Of a DNA stretch of 64,000 nucleotides, positions 36,044-44,354 are shown one piece after another. Numbering within the stretch: position 1 is the stretch's first letter; each line of letters opens with the position of its first letter. The notes under the pieces are model-generated. The model had not been told where the DNA came from. It saw only the letters and a program-made list of their open reading frames with translations, and did not search any database. A program made the position numbers and the translations under genes. Origin of the DNA: Eubacteriales bacterium (lineage in GTDB: Bacteria; Bacillota; Clostridia; Oscillospirales; CAG-272); contig JAZOVZ010000086.1 in the NCBI GenBank assembly GCA_045658965.1, forward strand, positions 43,175-107,174, read 5' to 3'.

Positions 36044-37438
36044 TTAATATTCTGCGTTGCCAACCGTTCTGGGGTAAGGAATGACGTCACGGATGTTGGA
36101 AACACCGGTCAGGTACATGATAATACGCTCAAAGCCCAGACCGTAGCCTGCGTGCTTGGTGCCACCGTACTTGCGCAGGTTGACGTACCACCAGTAGTCC
36201 TCTTCCTTAAGGTTGCACTCTGCCATTCTTTCAAGCAGAACGTCCAATCTCTCTTCTCTCTGGCTACCGCCGATGATCTCACCAACGCCGGGAACCAGCA
36301 GGTCCATAGCGGCAACCGTCTTGCCGTCGTCGTTGAGTCTCATATAGAAGGACTTGATCTCCTTGGGATAGTCGATGACGAATACGGGACAACCGTAGAC
36401 CTGCTCGGTCAGGTATCTCTCATGCTCGGTCTGCAGGTCGCAGCCCCAGGATACGGGATACTTGAAGTCTGCGCCCGACTTGGACAGCAGCTCAACAGCC
36501 TCGGTGTAGGTCACCTTCTTATATTCGCTCTTTGCCAGCGTGTTAAGTCTGTCAAGCAGGGTCTTATCCACAAAGCTGTTAAAGAAGTTGAGCTCGCGCT
36601 CGCAGTTCTTGAGCACGTGCTTGATGATATACTGGATCATATCCCATGCAAGCTGCATGTTATCGTTCAGATCTGCAAATGCGATCTCGGGCTCGATCAT
36701 CCAGAACTCAGCCGCATGACGTGCGGTGTTGGAGTTCTCTGCGCGGAAGGTGGGGCCAAAGGTGTAAATGTTACCAAACGCCATAGCGTAGGTCTCGCCC
36801 TCCAGCTGACCGGACACGGTCAGGTTTGCGGACTTGCCAAAGAAGTCCTGCGAGTAATCGATCTTGCCGTCCTCGGTCTTGGGCGGGTTCTCCATGTCCA
36901 TGGTAGTTACACGGAACATCTCGCCTGCACCCTCACAGTCGGATGCGGTGATCAGAGGGGTGTGTACGTATACGAATCCACGCTCGTGGAAGAAGGTGTG
37001 GATGGCGTAAGCAACCTCGCTGCGTACGCGGAAAACTGCCGAGAACAGGTTGGTTCTGGGACGCAGATATGCCTGCTCACGCAGATACTCAACGGTATGA
37101 CGCTTCTTCTGCAGGGGGTAATCGGGGGTAGAGGTTCCCTCCACCTCAACGGAGATAGCCTTGATCTCAAAGGGCTGCTTCATTTCGGGAGTCAGCTCCA
37201 CGGTACCGACAACGACCAACGATGCGCCAACGTTCTGCTTTGCAATCTCGGTATAATTGTCGATCTTATCTCTCTCAAAAACGATCTGTGCGCCGGTAAA
37301 GCAGCTACCGTCGTTAAGATCGATAAAGCCAAACGCCTTGCTATCGCGAATGCTTCTTGCCCAACCGCCAAGCACAACCTGCTTGCCGGAGTAGGCTTCC
37401 ATATCTTCATAAATGCTTCTGATCAGATCACGTTTCAT
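36044..37438 (-). CDS. asnS: Asparagine--tRNA ligase
   Basis: 464 aa. It has an N-terminal OB-fold ([25 protein letters not shown]) and class-II motifs ([45 protein letters not shown]). Confidence 0.92.
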   Translation of the reverse strand: MKRDLIRSIYEDMEAYSGKQVVLGGWARSIRDSKAFGFIDLNDGSCFTGAQIVFERDKIDNYTEIAKQNVGASLVVVGTVELTPEMKQPFEIKAISVEVEGTSTPDYPLQKKRHTVEYLREQAYLRPRTNLFSAVFRVRSEVAYAIHTFFHERGFVYVHTPLITASDCEGAGEMFRVTTMDMENPPKTEDGKIDYSQDFFGKSANLTVSGQLEGETYAMAFGNIYTFGPTFRAENSNTARHAAEFWMIEPEIAFADLNDNMQLAWDMIQYIIKHVLKNCERELNFFNSFVDKTLLDRLNTLAKSEYKKVTYTEAVELLSKSGADFKYPVSWGCDLQTEHERYLTEQVYGCPVFVIDYPKEIKSFYMRLNDDGKTVAAMDLLVPGVGEIIGGSQREERLDVLLERMAECNLKEEDYWWYVNLRKYGGTKHAGYGLGFERIIMYLTGVSNIRDVIPYPRTVGNAEY

Positions 37439-37461
37439 ATTGTTTCGCTCCTTGCAAATTT

Positions 37462-38196
37462 TTACTGTCCAAATCCGCCCATAAGGCCGCCAAGCTGTCC
37501 GTATCCGGGAATCATTTCTTCCAGAATGCCGTCCATATATCCGTCATTCCCCTTCATGGCGTTATATACCGAGTCGTAAATGGCATCGTATATCGCGCCG
37601 CCCACAACCTCATTAATGCGTTCCACAACCGAGTTTGCCACAGCCTCTGCGGTTTTATCTGCGATGTAGTCGCGCAAATCGTCCTCATTGTCCTCGGGCA
37701 GCTGCTCCTCGGTGGTCTCCTCATCCGTCGGCTGTTCGGTGGTTTGCTCGGTCTTTTCAAAATTATCCTCGATCCAAGCCTTGATCAGCCCTTTGATAAA
37801 CTCAGAGGTCGTGCTGCTGCCTATGTAAAGATCCAACACCTCGGTGATGATCTCCTTATAGTCATAGTCACCGTTGCCAAGTCCGCCAAGTGAACCAAGC
37901 AGATCCTCTACTATGCCGCCGTACTCGGTGGTCACTTCTTCCTCGGTGGTAGGCTCTTCGGTCGTTTGCTCGAACTTACCAATTGCTTCTAAGATCGACT
38001 CTGCCATCTCATTCTTGAGCTCCTCGATCTCTTGCTCGGAAAGCTCGGGTTCGGTCTCTATTTCAGTCTCTCTTTCGGTCTCGCGTTCTGTTTCCTTGGG
38101 GTCGTCTTTATTATCCTTGTCACCGCATGCGGCAAGCACGGATACAGTCATCAGCAACACAAGCAGCAATGCAACAAGTCTCAAATACTGTTTCAT
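37462..38196 (-). CDS. Acidic lipoprotein of unknown function
   Basis: I set the start at ATG-38196 ([26 protein letters not shown]), which gives a signal peptide plus lipobox. The mature protein is very acidic ([25 protein letters not shown]...) and has a Gly-rich tail ([14 protein letters not shown]). Its stop lies 23 nt upstream of asnS. Confidence 0.7.
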   Translation of the reverse strand: MKQYLRLVALLLVLLMTVSVLAACGDKDNKDDPKETERETERETEIETEPELSEQEIEELKNEMAESILEAIGKFEQTTEEPTTEEEVTTEYGGIVEDLLGSLGGLGNGDYDYKEIITEVLDLYIGSSTTSEFIKGLIKAWIEDNFEKTEQTTEQPTDEETTEEQLPEDNEDDLRDYIADKTAEAVANSVVERINEVVGGAIYDAIYDSVYNAMKGNDGYMDGILEEMIPGYGQLGGLMGGFGQ

Positions 38197-38243
38197 ATGT
38201 ATGCTGTTCCTTTCTCTTATCAGGTATTTGTAAAACAACTATC

Positions 38244-38272
38244 ATTATAACATTATTTATCCGCAATGTCAA
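38244..38272 (-). promoter_or_regulatory. SigA-type promoter of lipoprotein-asnS unit
   Basis: On the minus strand: TTGACA (38272-38267), a 17-nt spacer, then TATAAT (38249-38244). Confidence 0.75.
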
Positions 38273-38318
38273 CCTTTTTGCAAAAATACAGAAAATTCCT
38301 TGCATTTTTTCGCATCAA

Positions 38319-38348
38319 AAAGCCGCTTTCGTATTTGAAAGCGGCTTT
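38319..38348 (-). terminator. Rho-independent terminator ending the long minus-strand gene string
   Basis: AAAGCCGCTTTC (38319-38330) pairs with GAAAGCGGCTTT (38337-38348). On the minus strand it is followed by TTTTTG and lies 6 nt after the stop at 38355. Confidence 0.8.
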
Positions 38349-38354
38349 GAAGGC

Positions 38355-40298
38355 TTATTGCAGGTATTCCACGGTGCAGGACACCGAGGTTGAGTCGAAC
38401 GAGTTATGCCCGTTTTTGTTGAGTACGATGGCAATGCGGTCACCGCTTTGCACGTCGATATCGATCGTTTGCTCGTCAACTCGCCCTGTGGGCAAGAAGA
38501 CGTAACCGCCCTCTGCATCCAGAACGTGCTCTCCGTTCAAAAGCAACGCATACTTGACGCCGTCTCCCTCTTCGGAATTGACGCCTATGACAAAGCTGAC
38601 ACACACCTTGCCGCTCTTGGGTGCTTCAAACACCAACGCGCTGTCGTATTCGTCGGGGTGCATCGCGCCGCTCATGATCAGCGTAAAAGTTCCCTCGATC
38701 GCCCAGCGGTTGTTGGCGGTATCAAAGCTCAATTCACCAAACTCACCGCGCTTCTTGTCATAGCTCATATAGAACCAGCCGTCCTTACCCTGCTCTGTAC
38801 TAAAGCTGCTGGGGAAGGAATAGACCGCCAAGGGCTGATCGATCGTCTTGTCGGTCAGATCGTCTATAATGCGGAGCTTAACAAATTCACCCTTGGTTGC
38901 AAGTGCGTAGTAGCGCGTGATGAATACACCGGGCGTGCCCTTGCGCAAATGGTCGGTCAGAGAGATATCCATAGTCAGATCCGTCTTGGTCGTATCGATG
39001 ACCTCGGGGGCGTTGTCGCCCAACCACGTATCGATGAGCTGTTTCCATACCCACTCATATTCGCGGTATTTCTGATCGATCTCCCAGTTGGCAATACTCA
39101 CATAGGTACAGCCTCTGCCATACGCATCCATGCCCTGCTCCAGATAGTTTTCGGGAGTAGCTGCGACCTGAACGGGTCCGTCGATCTCCTGCGCAAGCAT
39201 GACGTGCGGCGGGAAGGTCGCGTGTGCATGGTCCATGGAAAACTCATGATCGGTCAGAGGACCGTCGTCGATCCACACCACGTCGGCATGCTCGGCAAGA
39301 TCGCCTGCAGCCAGCGTGCAACGCAGAAGAGATGCAGTATCGTAGATGCTGCCGAACTGCAGCGCGTACTTGGAATCGGGGCTGATCTGCTTTTGCACAA
39401 TTGCCAGCGAGTCGATCATTTCCTTGAGCTTTTGATGGCGGAACTGATACCAAAGCTGACCGAGATTATCCGATGCCGTGCAGGACGGAGGCTGAATCTG
39501 ATCAAAGGAGGCATATTCCGTACCCAAAACGCAGTTCAAAGCGTCAATATCGGTATATTTTTCCTGCAAGAACGCACGGAACTGTGCTTTTGCAGGATCG
39601 GAATAATCGTATTCCCCTGCGCACCAGTATTCACTCTCGGCAAACTGCGAGAATGCGGGGAGATAGAACAACACGTCCTCTGCATACAAAGCCTCGTACC
39701 GTTCAACAGCCGCCGCATAGAAATTCACAGCGGAGCTGACCGCGCTCTCGGAGCAAAACGAGATCATGGTACGCATACCGTCGATCGAGCCGCCCTGGCA
39801 AAGGTTGCCGTTCGGGTCATACTGCATCTGATCCAAGGGAATGATCTTATCGTCAGCACGGCGGGTCAGGTCGATCGAAATCGCCACCTTAAGCCCCTTA
39901 GTCTTGACAACGTAATTGATCATGTCGTCAAATGCGGCAAAATCGTACTCGCCTGCTTTGGTTGACTCCACGCGACTCCACGGAATGTGCACCTTGATCG
40001 CATTAAAGCCGGTCTTGGCAGCCTCGTCCACGATCTGCTCAAAAGCGTCTTGGGTCATGGGGGTAAAATTCCAGATGCGGTAAACGAAATAGCGTTCTCC
40101 AACGTTGCGCGGCTGATCCATGGGTATTACCTCCTGCGTAGTCTCTTCCCCGGTAGGTTGCCCGGTTTGCGTCTGCACGTTCTGCTCGGGCTGCGTTGTC
40201 TGCTCACTTCCCTGCTCGGGATGCGTTTGGCAGGCAACTGCACCGATCGTCAGTATGCAAAGTAAAAGGCAAAGTGCTCTTGCTCGAAAGTTTCTCAT
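38355..40298 (-). CDS. Secreted lipoprotein, clan GH-A (GH42-like) glycoside hydrolase candidate
   Basis: A lipobox signal peptide (ALCLLLCILTIGAVAC) and a Q/T/E-rich linker are followed by a TIM-barrel-like block, GFNAIKVHIPWSRVESTKAGEYDFAAFDDMINYVVKTKGLKV...FRAFLQEKYTDIDALNCVLGTEYASFDQI, which is reminiscent of GH42 N-terminal domains. I chose ATG-40298 (RBS AAGAGG); the ORF-track start at 40304 is a GTG. Confidence 0.5.
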   Translation of the reverse strand: MRNFRARALCLLLCILTIGAVACQTHPEQGSEQTTQPEQNVQTQTGQPTGEETTQEVIPMDQPRNVGERYFVYRIWNFTPMTQDAFEQIVDEAAKTGFNAIKVHIPWSRVESTKAGEYDFAAFDDMINYVVKTKGLKVAISIDLTRRADDKIIPLDQMQYDPNGNLCQGGSIDGMRTMISFCSESAVSSAVNFYAAAVERYEALYAEDVLFYLPAFSQFAESEYWCAGEYDYSDPAKAQFRAFLQEKYTDIDALNCVLGTEYASFDQIQPPSCTASDNLGQLWYQFRHQKLKEMIDSLAIVQKQISPDSKYALQFGSIYDTASLLRCTLAAGDLAEHADVVWIDDGPLTDHEFSMDHAHATFPPHVMLAQEIDGPVQVAATPENYLEQGMDAYGRGCTYVSIANWEIDQKYREYEWVWKQLIDTWLGDNAPEVIDTTKTDLTMDISLTDHLRKGTPGVFITRYYALATKGEFVKLRIIDDLTDKTIDQPLAVYSFPSSFSTEQGKDGWFYMSYDKKRGEFGELSFDTANNRWAIEGTFTLIMSGAMHPDEYDSALVFEAPKSGKVCVSFVIGVNSEEGDGVKYALLLNGEHVLDAEGGYVFLPTGRVDEQTIDIDVQSGDRIAIVLNKNGHNSFDSTSVSCTVEYLQ

Positions 40299-40313
40299 GC
40301 GCACCTCTTATTA

Positions 40314-41261
40314 TCAGTAAAAAGTTGCTACTTCTTGTGTGGGCTTGGTGGCAAATTCGGTCTTTTCCGCGTAAAGCACGGGACCGGGTCTGCCGTAAAG
40401 CTTATGCTTTTCGATCTTGATCTTGGCGGTCACGACAGTCCAATCACGGGTCTTGAAGTTGGTTGCCGTCGGGAAATAGCAGACGAGTGCGTTATATGCA
40501 ATATCGTCTGCGCAGCAGGTCATAACGTGTCTGCCGATGACAAGTCCGTTCTTGCCAAGCGCGCGGTCACGCGCCACGATGCCCTTGAAGCGTACCGTCT
40601 TGCCGTCGTACTTTTCGGTATCCTCGGCAAGATCGCGGTACCAAACGGCATAGTCCTCATCCTTGACGTCAATGACAGGTGCATCAATATCAAAGGGCAG
40701 CGGATCCTCGATCTCATCGTATTCCACGTGTCCGTCGGGATAATCGTAGGTGATGGACGCGCGCGTGCTTACGCTGCGCACAACGCGGTGGATCTCCTCT
40801 TTATCAATGACCTCGGGCGTGCGGTTGAGCACGATCATTTCGCAATCCTGCAGCTTATCCACCATAAGCTGACGCATGTTTGCGTTATAGGTCAAAAAGG
40901 TTTTTGCGTCCGCAAACATCATGTTCTGGAAAATAAACCAGTCTGCGGGCAATGCGGCATACAGCTTGGAGAGCAGCCACATGCCATTATATTCGATGAT
41001 CACGCGGTCGATCTTGTGCTTTTTGTAAAGTAGGGTCAGATAGTCGCGCGTCAGCATTTCGGGATCGTCAAGCAGCTCAAGGTAAACGTTCTTGCCCCAG
41101 AAGCGGTCAAGATCCAGCTCCTCAATGCCCTCTTCGCACATGATCAGCAGCGTTTTTTCACCCGAATTGAAGCGCTGATCCTCCATGGACTCCTGAATGA
41201 TGTGCGTTTTGCCCCCTTCCAGGAAGCCCGTGAAGACGTATACGGGAATTTTGTTAGCCAT
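40314..41261 (-). CDS. Divergent G3E (CobW-like) P-loop protein fused to a CCADD-motif C-terminal domain
   Basis: The N-terminus IPVYVFTGFLEGGKTHII is a Walker A in CobW context. However, the CxCC motif is absent (LIMCEEGIEE replaces ENEFGE..GCICC) and NKxD is degenerate (VLNRTPE). The C-terminus VRFKGIVARD...VIGRHVMTCCADDIAY...DWTVVTAKI resembles the C-terminal domain of DUF1980/TIGR03943-type proteins; this is from memory, not from a search. Confidence 0.55.
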   Translation of the reverse strand: MANKIPVYVFTGFLEGGKTHIIQESMEDQRFNSGEKTLLIMCEEGIEELDLDRFWGKNVYLELLDDPEMLTRDYLTLLYKKHKIDRVIIEYNGMWLLSKLYAALPADWFIFQNMMFADAKTFLTYNANMRQLMVDKLQDCEMIVLNRTPEVIDKEEIHRVVRSVSTRASITYDYPDGHVEYDEIEDPLPFDIDAPVIDVKDEDYAVWYRDLAEDTEKYDGKTVRFKGIVARDRALGKNGLVIGRHVMTCCADDIAYNALVCYFPTATNFKTRDWTVVTAKIKIEKHKLYGRPGPVLYAEKTEFATKPTQEVATFY

Positions 41262-41392
41262 AGTAATCTCCTTGCCGCCTATGGCGGCTAAAATAGTTTT
41301 GAAATCTTATCTGAAAATGGGCTGTGCCCCATTTTCAAGTAAGATTTATGCGTGAACACCAGCCTAAACGAAAGGAGGTGTGAAAATTCACG
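41262..41392 (-). promoter_or_regulatory. Conserved structured intercistronic element, copy 1 of 2
   Basis: This 131-nt spacer runs from the TAG stop to the ATG. With 44712..44843 it shares, read on the minus strand, the blocks TAGCGTGAA, TTCACGC, TAAATCT, AAAATGGG-6nt-CCCATTTT, AAAACT and GGAGATTA. It contains nested hairpins. Confidence 0.6.
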
Positions 41393-42628
41393 CTATCCCT
41401 CCGACTTATGCAATGCTACACCCAGCAGCTCACCGATGGCATCAATGTTCAGATTCGAGCCGATAACGCACAGTCTGCCGATGATGCCTGCAGCACCCGT
41501 ACGAATGTCGGGCTCACCGGGAACGTAGTCAAAGTGGATCCAGCTGCCGTCGTCCCCTGCTACGATGCCCTTTGCACGCAGTACGATGCCGAATTTGCCC
41601 TCATCGCAAAGCTCGTCAAGCTGCTCAGCAAGCAGTTTTGCATTGAACTTAGCCGTGGTTTCTGCGCCTGCGCTGATGAATACCTCGTCTGCATGGTGGT
41701 GATGGTGATGACCGCCGCAGCCGCAGCTGCAGGTCTCGTCATGCTCGTGATGATGGTGATGTTCGTGCTCATGCTCATGCTCATGCTCGTGCTCATGATC
41801 ATGGCAGCCGCACTCGCAGTGCTCATCATGATCGTGATGATGGTGATGTTCGTGCTCGTGCTCATGGTCATGGCAACCGCACTCGCAATGGTCGTCATGG
41901 TCATGATGATGGTGATGCTCATGCTCATGCTCATGATCATGCTCATGGCAACCGCACTCGCAGTGCTCGTCATGATCGTGATCATGGTGATGGTGGTGCG
42001 CATGCTCCAATCTTTCAAGCTCAGCCTGTAAAGTGTCCTTGCGCTCCATGGCTTCCAGCAGCTGCTCTGCGCTCAGAATATCCCAATCGGTCGTGACGAT
42101 GGTTGCGGTAGTATTGTGCTCACGCAGCATTGCAACGCACTCGGAAATCTTCTTTTCGCTTGCAGTACCGGTATGAGAAAGCACGATACAGCCTGCGTTG
42201 GCAACCTGATCGTTGAAAAACTCGCCGAAGTTTTTCATGTACATCTTGCACTTGCCTGCATCCACAACGGTAGTGAATGCATTAAGCTCTGCGCCCTCTA
42301 CGTGCAGATTCTGCACCGCTCTGATCACGTCGGACAGCTTGCCGACACCCGAGGGCTCGATCAGAATTCTGTCGGGTGCGTACTGCTCCAGCACCTGCGT
42401 CAGCGCCTTACCAAAGTCGCCAACCAAGGAGCAGCAAATGCAGCCCGAATTCATTTCGTTGATCTGAATGCCTGCCTCTGCAAGAAAGCCGCCATCAATG
42501 CCGATCTCACCGAATTCGTTTTCGATCAGCACCAGCTTCTCTCCCTTGTAAGCCTGCTCGATCATCTTCTTGATCAGCGTGGTCTTACCCGCGCCCAAAA
42601 ATCCGGAAAAAATATCTATCTTAGTCAT
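41393..42628 (-). CDS. COG0523/CobW-family G3E GTPase (putative metallochaperone) with giant His/Cys-rich insert
   Basis: Walker A FSGFLGAGKTTLI, ENEFGEIGID, the canonical metal motif NSGCICCSL, and IEPSGVGK. A 104-aa His/Cys array is followed by a CobW_C-like C-terminus (FGIVLRAKGIV...WIHFDYVPGE). The start is 6 nt after the upstream stop. Confidence 0.85.
   Translation of the reverse strand: MTKIDIFSGFLGAGKTTLIKKMIEQAYKGEKLVLIENEFGEIGIDGGFLAEAGIQINEMNSGCICCSLVGDFGKALTQVLEQYAPDRILIEPSGVGKLSDVIRAVQNLHVEGAELNAFTTVVDAGKCKMYMKNFGEFFNDQVANAGCIVLSHTGTASEKKISECVAMLREHNTTATIVTTDWDILSAEQLLEAMERKDTLQAELERLEHAHHHHHDHDHDEHCECGCHEHDHEHEHEHHHHHDHDDHCECGCHDHEHEHEHHHHHDHDEHCECGCHDHEHEHEHEHEHEHHHHHEHDETCSCGCGGHHHHHHADEVFISAGAETTAKFNAKLLAEQLDELCDEGKFGIVLRAKGIVAGDDGSWIHFDYVPGEPDIRTGAAGIIGRLCVIGSNLNIDAIGELLGVALHKSEG
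41693..42004 (-). repeat. In-frame tandem repeat encoding the His/Cys array
   Basis: ATGGCArCCGCACTCGCArTG recurs at 41801, 41870 and 41945 (69- and 75-bp periods). It encodes 3 units HHHHHDHD(E/D)HCECGCH(D/E)H(E/D)HEHEH plus a 4th degenerate unit (ETCSCGCGGHHHHHH). Confidence 0.9.
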
Positions 42629-42634
42629 GTTATC

Positions 42635-44323
42635 TTAATCCTTTTTCTTAGTGCCTCTGTATACGTAGTTGAGTCTGCCCAGAGGTGCGGCATCACCCTT
42701 ATCGTAAAAGTCCTCAATGCTTGTCAGCTCTTCGGTGCTGTCCGCGACCTTGAACCAAACGGTAAAGTCGTCCTTGTCAAGACCAATGACCGCGCGAGGT
42801 GCGATCACCAGCAGCATATTGCCCTGGCAGCGGTACACGATATCACCGAAATCAGCGGCACGCAAGCCATCCACAATGACACCAACCGTACTGGTGCGGT
42901 CATCCACGGGCTTGTTGTTGAGCACGTACTGATATTCCTTACCGCCATCGGTATTGAGGTAAATTCTCAGCCAGGTACCCGTTCCGTCATAAGGCTTGAC
43001 GTCTCCCTTGGTCACGATGCCGAAATAGATGAAATCGTCGTCGTGGCTGACGGTCACGCCCGTGATGGCATTGCGCTGGGTGTGATTTTCATATACGGTG
43101 CCATATCCCTTTGCTTCTCTTGCAAAATCACCGTCCGAGAAGTTGTGGTACTCTGCCCAGATCTCCTCTGCCTCGTCCTGCTCGGAATCGTTGTTGTAAT
43201 CCACGGGCACAAGCTCGGCAAAGCTGTCGTATTCATCCACGCCCTTATACTTGCGAACGTAATCGACAAGCTGCATAAAGTAGTTATCAAAGTAGCCGCC
43301 GCGCATCATTTCAAGGTCACGGCTATATTCGTAGTTGGCACAGTCCACGAACATGATGGGTCTGTGCGGAAAGCCCTTCCATCTGCCTGCGATCCATTCA
43401 TTCCAGCCCGTGACAAGCACGATGGGCGGATCGGTTTCGATGGCGCGCTCAAACTGCTCGGCAAAATTATAGCCGTGGAGATACGCATCGGGATCGGGGT
43501 CGTTGTGCATATCGTGGAAACCGCGACCGTTGTTATCGGTCTCGCCATACATCACAGAGTCGCCAAAGCGCAGCTGCGGATGCTGGGCAACGGATACGTT
43601 GATGACCTCGTCCTCACCCTTGAGATTGGCAAACACGCGCTGCGGACGGGTAAAGTCCATCCAAGGCCAGCCGCCAAGCTTATCGGGCTCATTGGGCCAC
43701 TGCGACATTTTAATGTTAAAGAACTCTCTGCATTCGGCAGAGCACTCCTCCTCTATCGCGATGATAACAGGCTTGCCCTCAAAGTAGAACCACGTATCGG
43801 GGCAATATTTTGCCGCATAGATCTTGTCGTAGATCTCCTGCACGGTCTTGCCCGAGTGGGTATTGGTATAGAACATCACCTTGGGGATCTTCCAGCCGTC
43901 CTTGGCGTATTCGTCCAGCACGCGCATGACGAGCTTGACGTTATGCTCGTAAATGCAGGCATTGGTGGTATCAAAGAACAAAAAGTCAATGTCTGCCTGG
44001 ATCAGCAGCTTCATGTGACGGCGCACGACCCACTCGTCATCCGAGTAGTAGTAGCCGTAGAAGGGTTCACCCCAATGGTGATAGGTGCCGATCTTGCCCC
44101 AGTATTCCGCATCCACGTGCTCTCCCGCATCGGGGTGCTCTGCCGTGATCTTGGAAATATCGTAAGGCTTATGTCTGCCGTGCTCACCCAACCACAGGAA
44201 ATAGAACATACCCACAAGGCGGCCTTCTCTGCGCGCGGGGGCGTTTTCGCGGTCTGCGGTCTTTCTGCCCAGCGCGTCGGTTGCCATCAAGGGGCCGTTG
44301 GCGTAATTCTTATACTGTTCCAT
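42635..44323 (-). CDS. Cytoplasmic hypothetical protein, possible GH99/WbsX-like glycoside-hydrolase fold
   Basis: 562 aa with no signal peptide. Blocks FYFLWLGEHG, TYHHWGEPFYGYYYSDDEWVVRRHMKLLIQADIDFLFFDTTN and VTGWNEWIAGRW resemble TIM-barrel GH99-like/WbsX-like families. This is a weak, by-eye call. The C-terminal ~150 aa look beta-rich. Confidence 0.35.
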   Translation of the reverse strand: MEQYKNYANGPLMATDALGRKTADRENAPARREGRLVGMFYFLWLGEHGRHKPYDISKITAEHPDAGEHVDAEYWGKIGTYHHWGEPFYGYYYSDDEWVVRRHMKLLIQADIDFLFFDTTNACIYEHNVKLVMRVLDEYAKDGWKIPKVMFYTNTHSGKTVQEIYDKIYAAKYCPDTWFYFEGKPVIIAIEEECSAECREFFNIKMSQWPNEPDKLGGWPWMDFTRPQRVFANLKGEDEVINVSVAQHPQLRFGDSVMYGETDNNGRGFHDMHNDPDPDAYLHGYNFAEQFERAIETDPPIVLVTGWNEWIAGRWKGFPHRPIMFVDCANYEYSRDLEMMRGGYFDNYFMQLVDYVRKYKGVDEYDSFAELVPVDYNNDSEQDEAEEIWAEYHNFSDGDFAREAKGYGTVYENHTQRNAITGVTVSHDDDFIYFGIVTKGDVKPYDGTGTWLRIYLNTDGGKEYQYVLNNKPVDDRTSTVGVIVDGLRAADFGDIVYRCQGNMLLVIAPRAVIGLDKDDFTVWFKVADSTEELTSIEDFYDKGDAAPLGRLNYVYRGTKKKD

Positions 44324-44354
44324 GATAACACTCCTTTACCTGTATTTGTTGTAA

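Noticed and set aside
36152-37579. 475-aa ORF antisense to asnS
   Set aside because: asnS on the other strand carries unmistakable class-II synthetase motifs. The antisense frame is an artefact of GC3 bias.
41340-41392. Small plus-strand ORF or SD (AAAGGAGGTGTGAAAA) inside element copy 1
   Set aside because: No start codon at proper spacing with an open frame follows. The block is not conserved in copy 2, where the loop is variable.
41693-42004. Possible CRISPR-like or minisatellite array
   Set aside because: The repeats are in-frame inside a continuous CDS, lack unique spacers of constant length, and there are no cas genes. This is a coding tandem repeat.
41408-42031. ORFs in other frames or strand across the His-repeat (207 aa on +, 152 aa on -) with MVMV/ITIT low-complexity sequence
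   Set aside because: They are alternative readings of the CAT/CAC-rich tandem repeat. Only the frame giving the GTPase N- and C-terminal domains is continuous with recognisable motifs.
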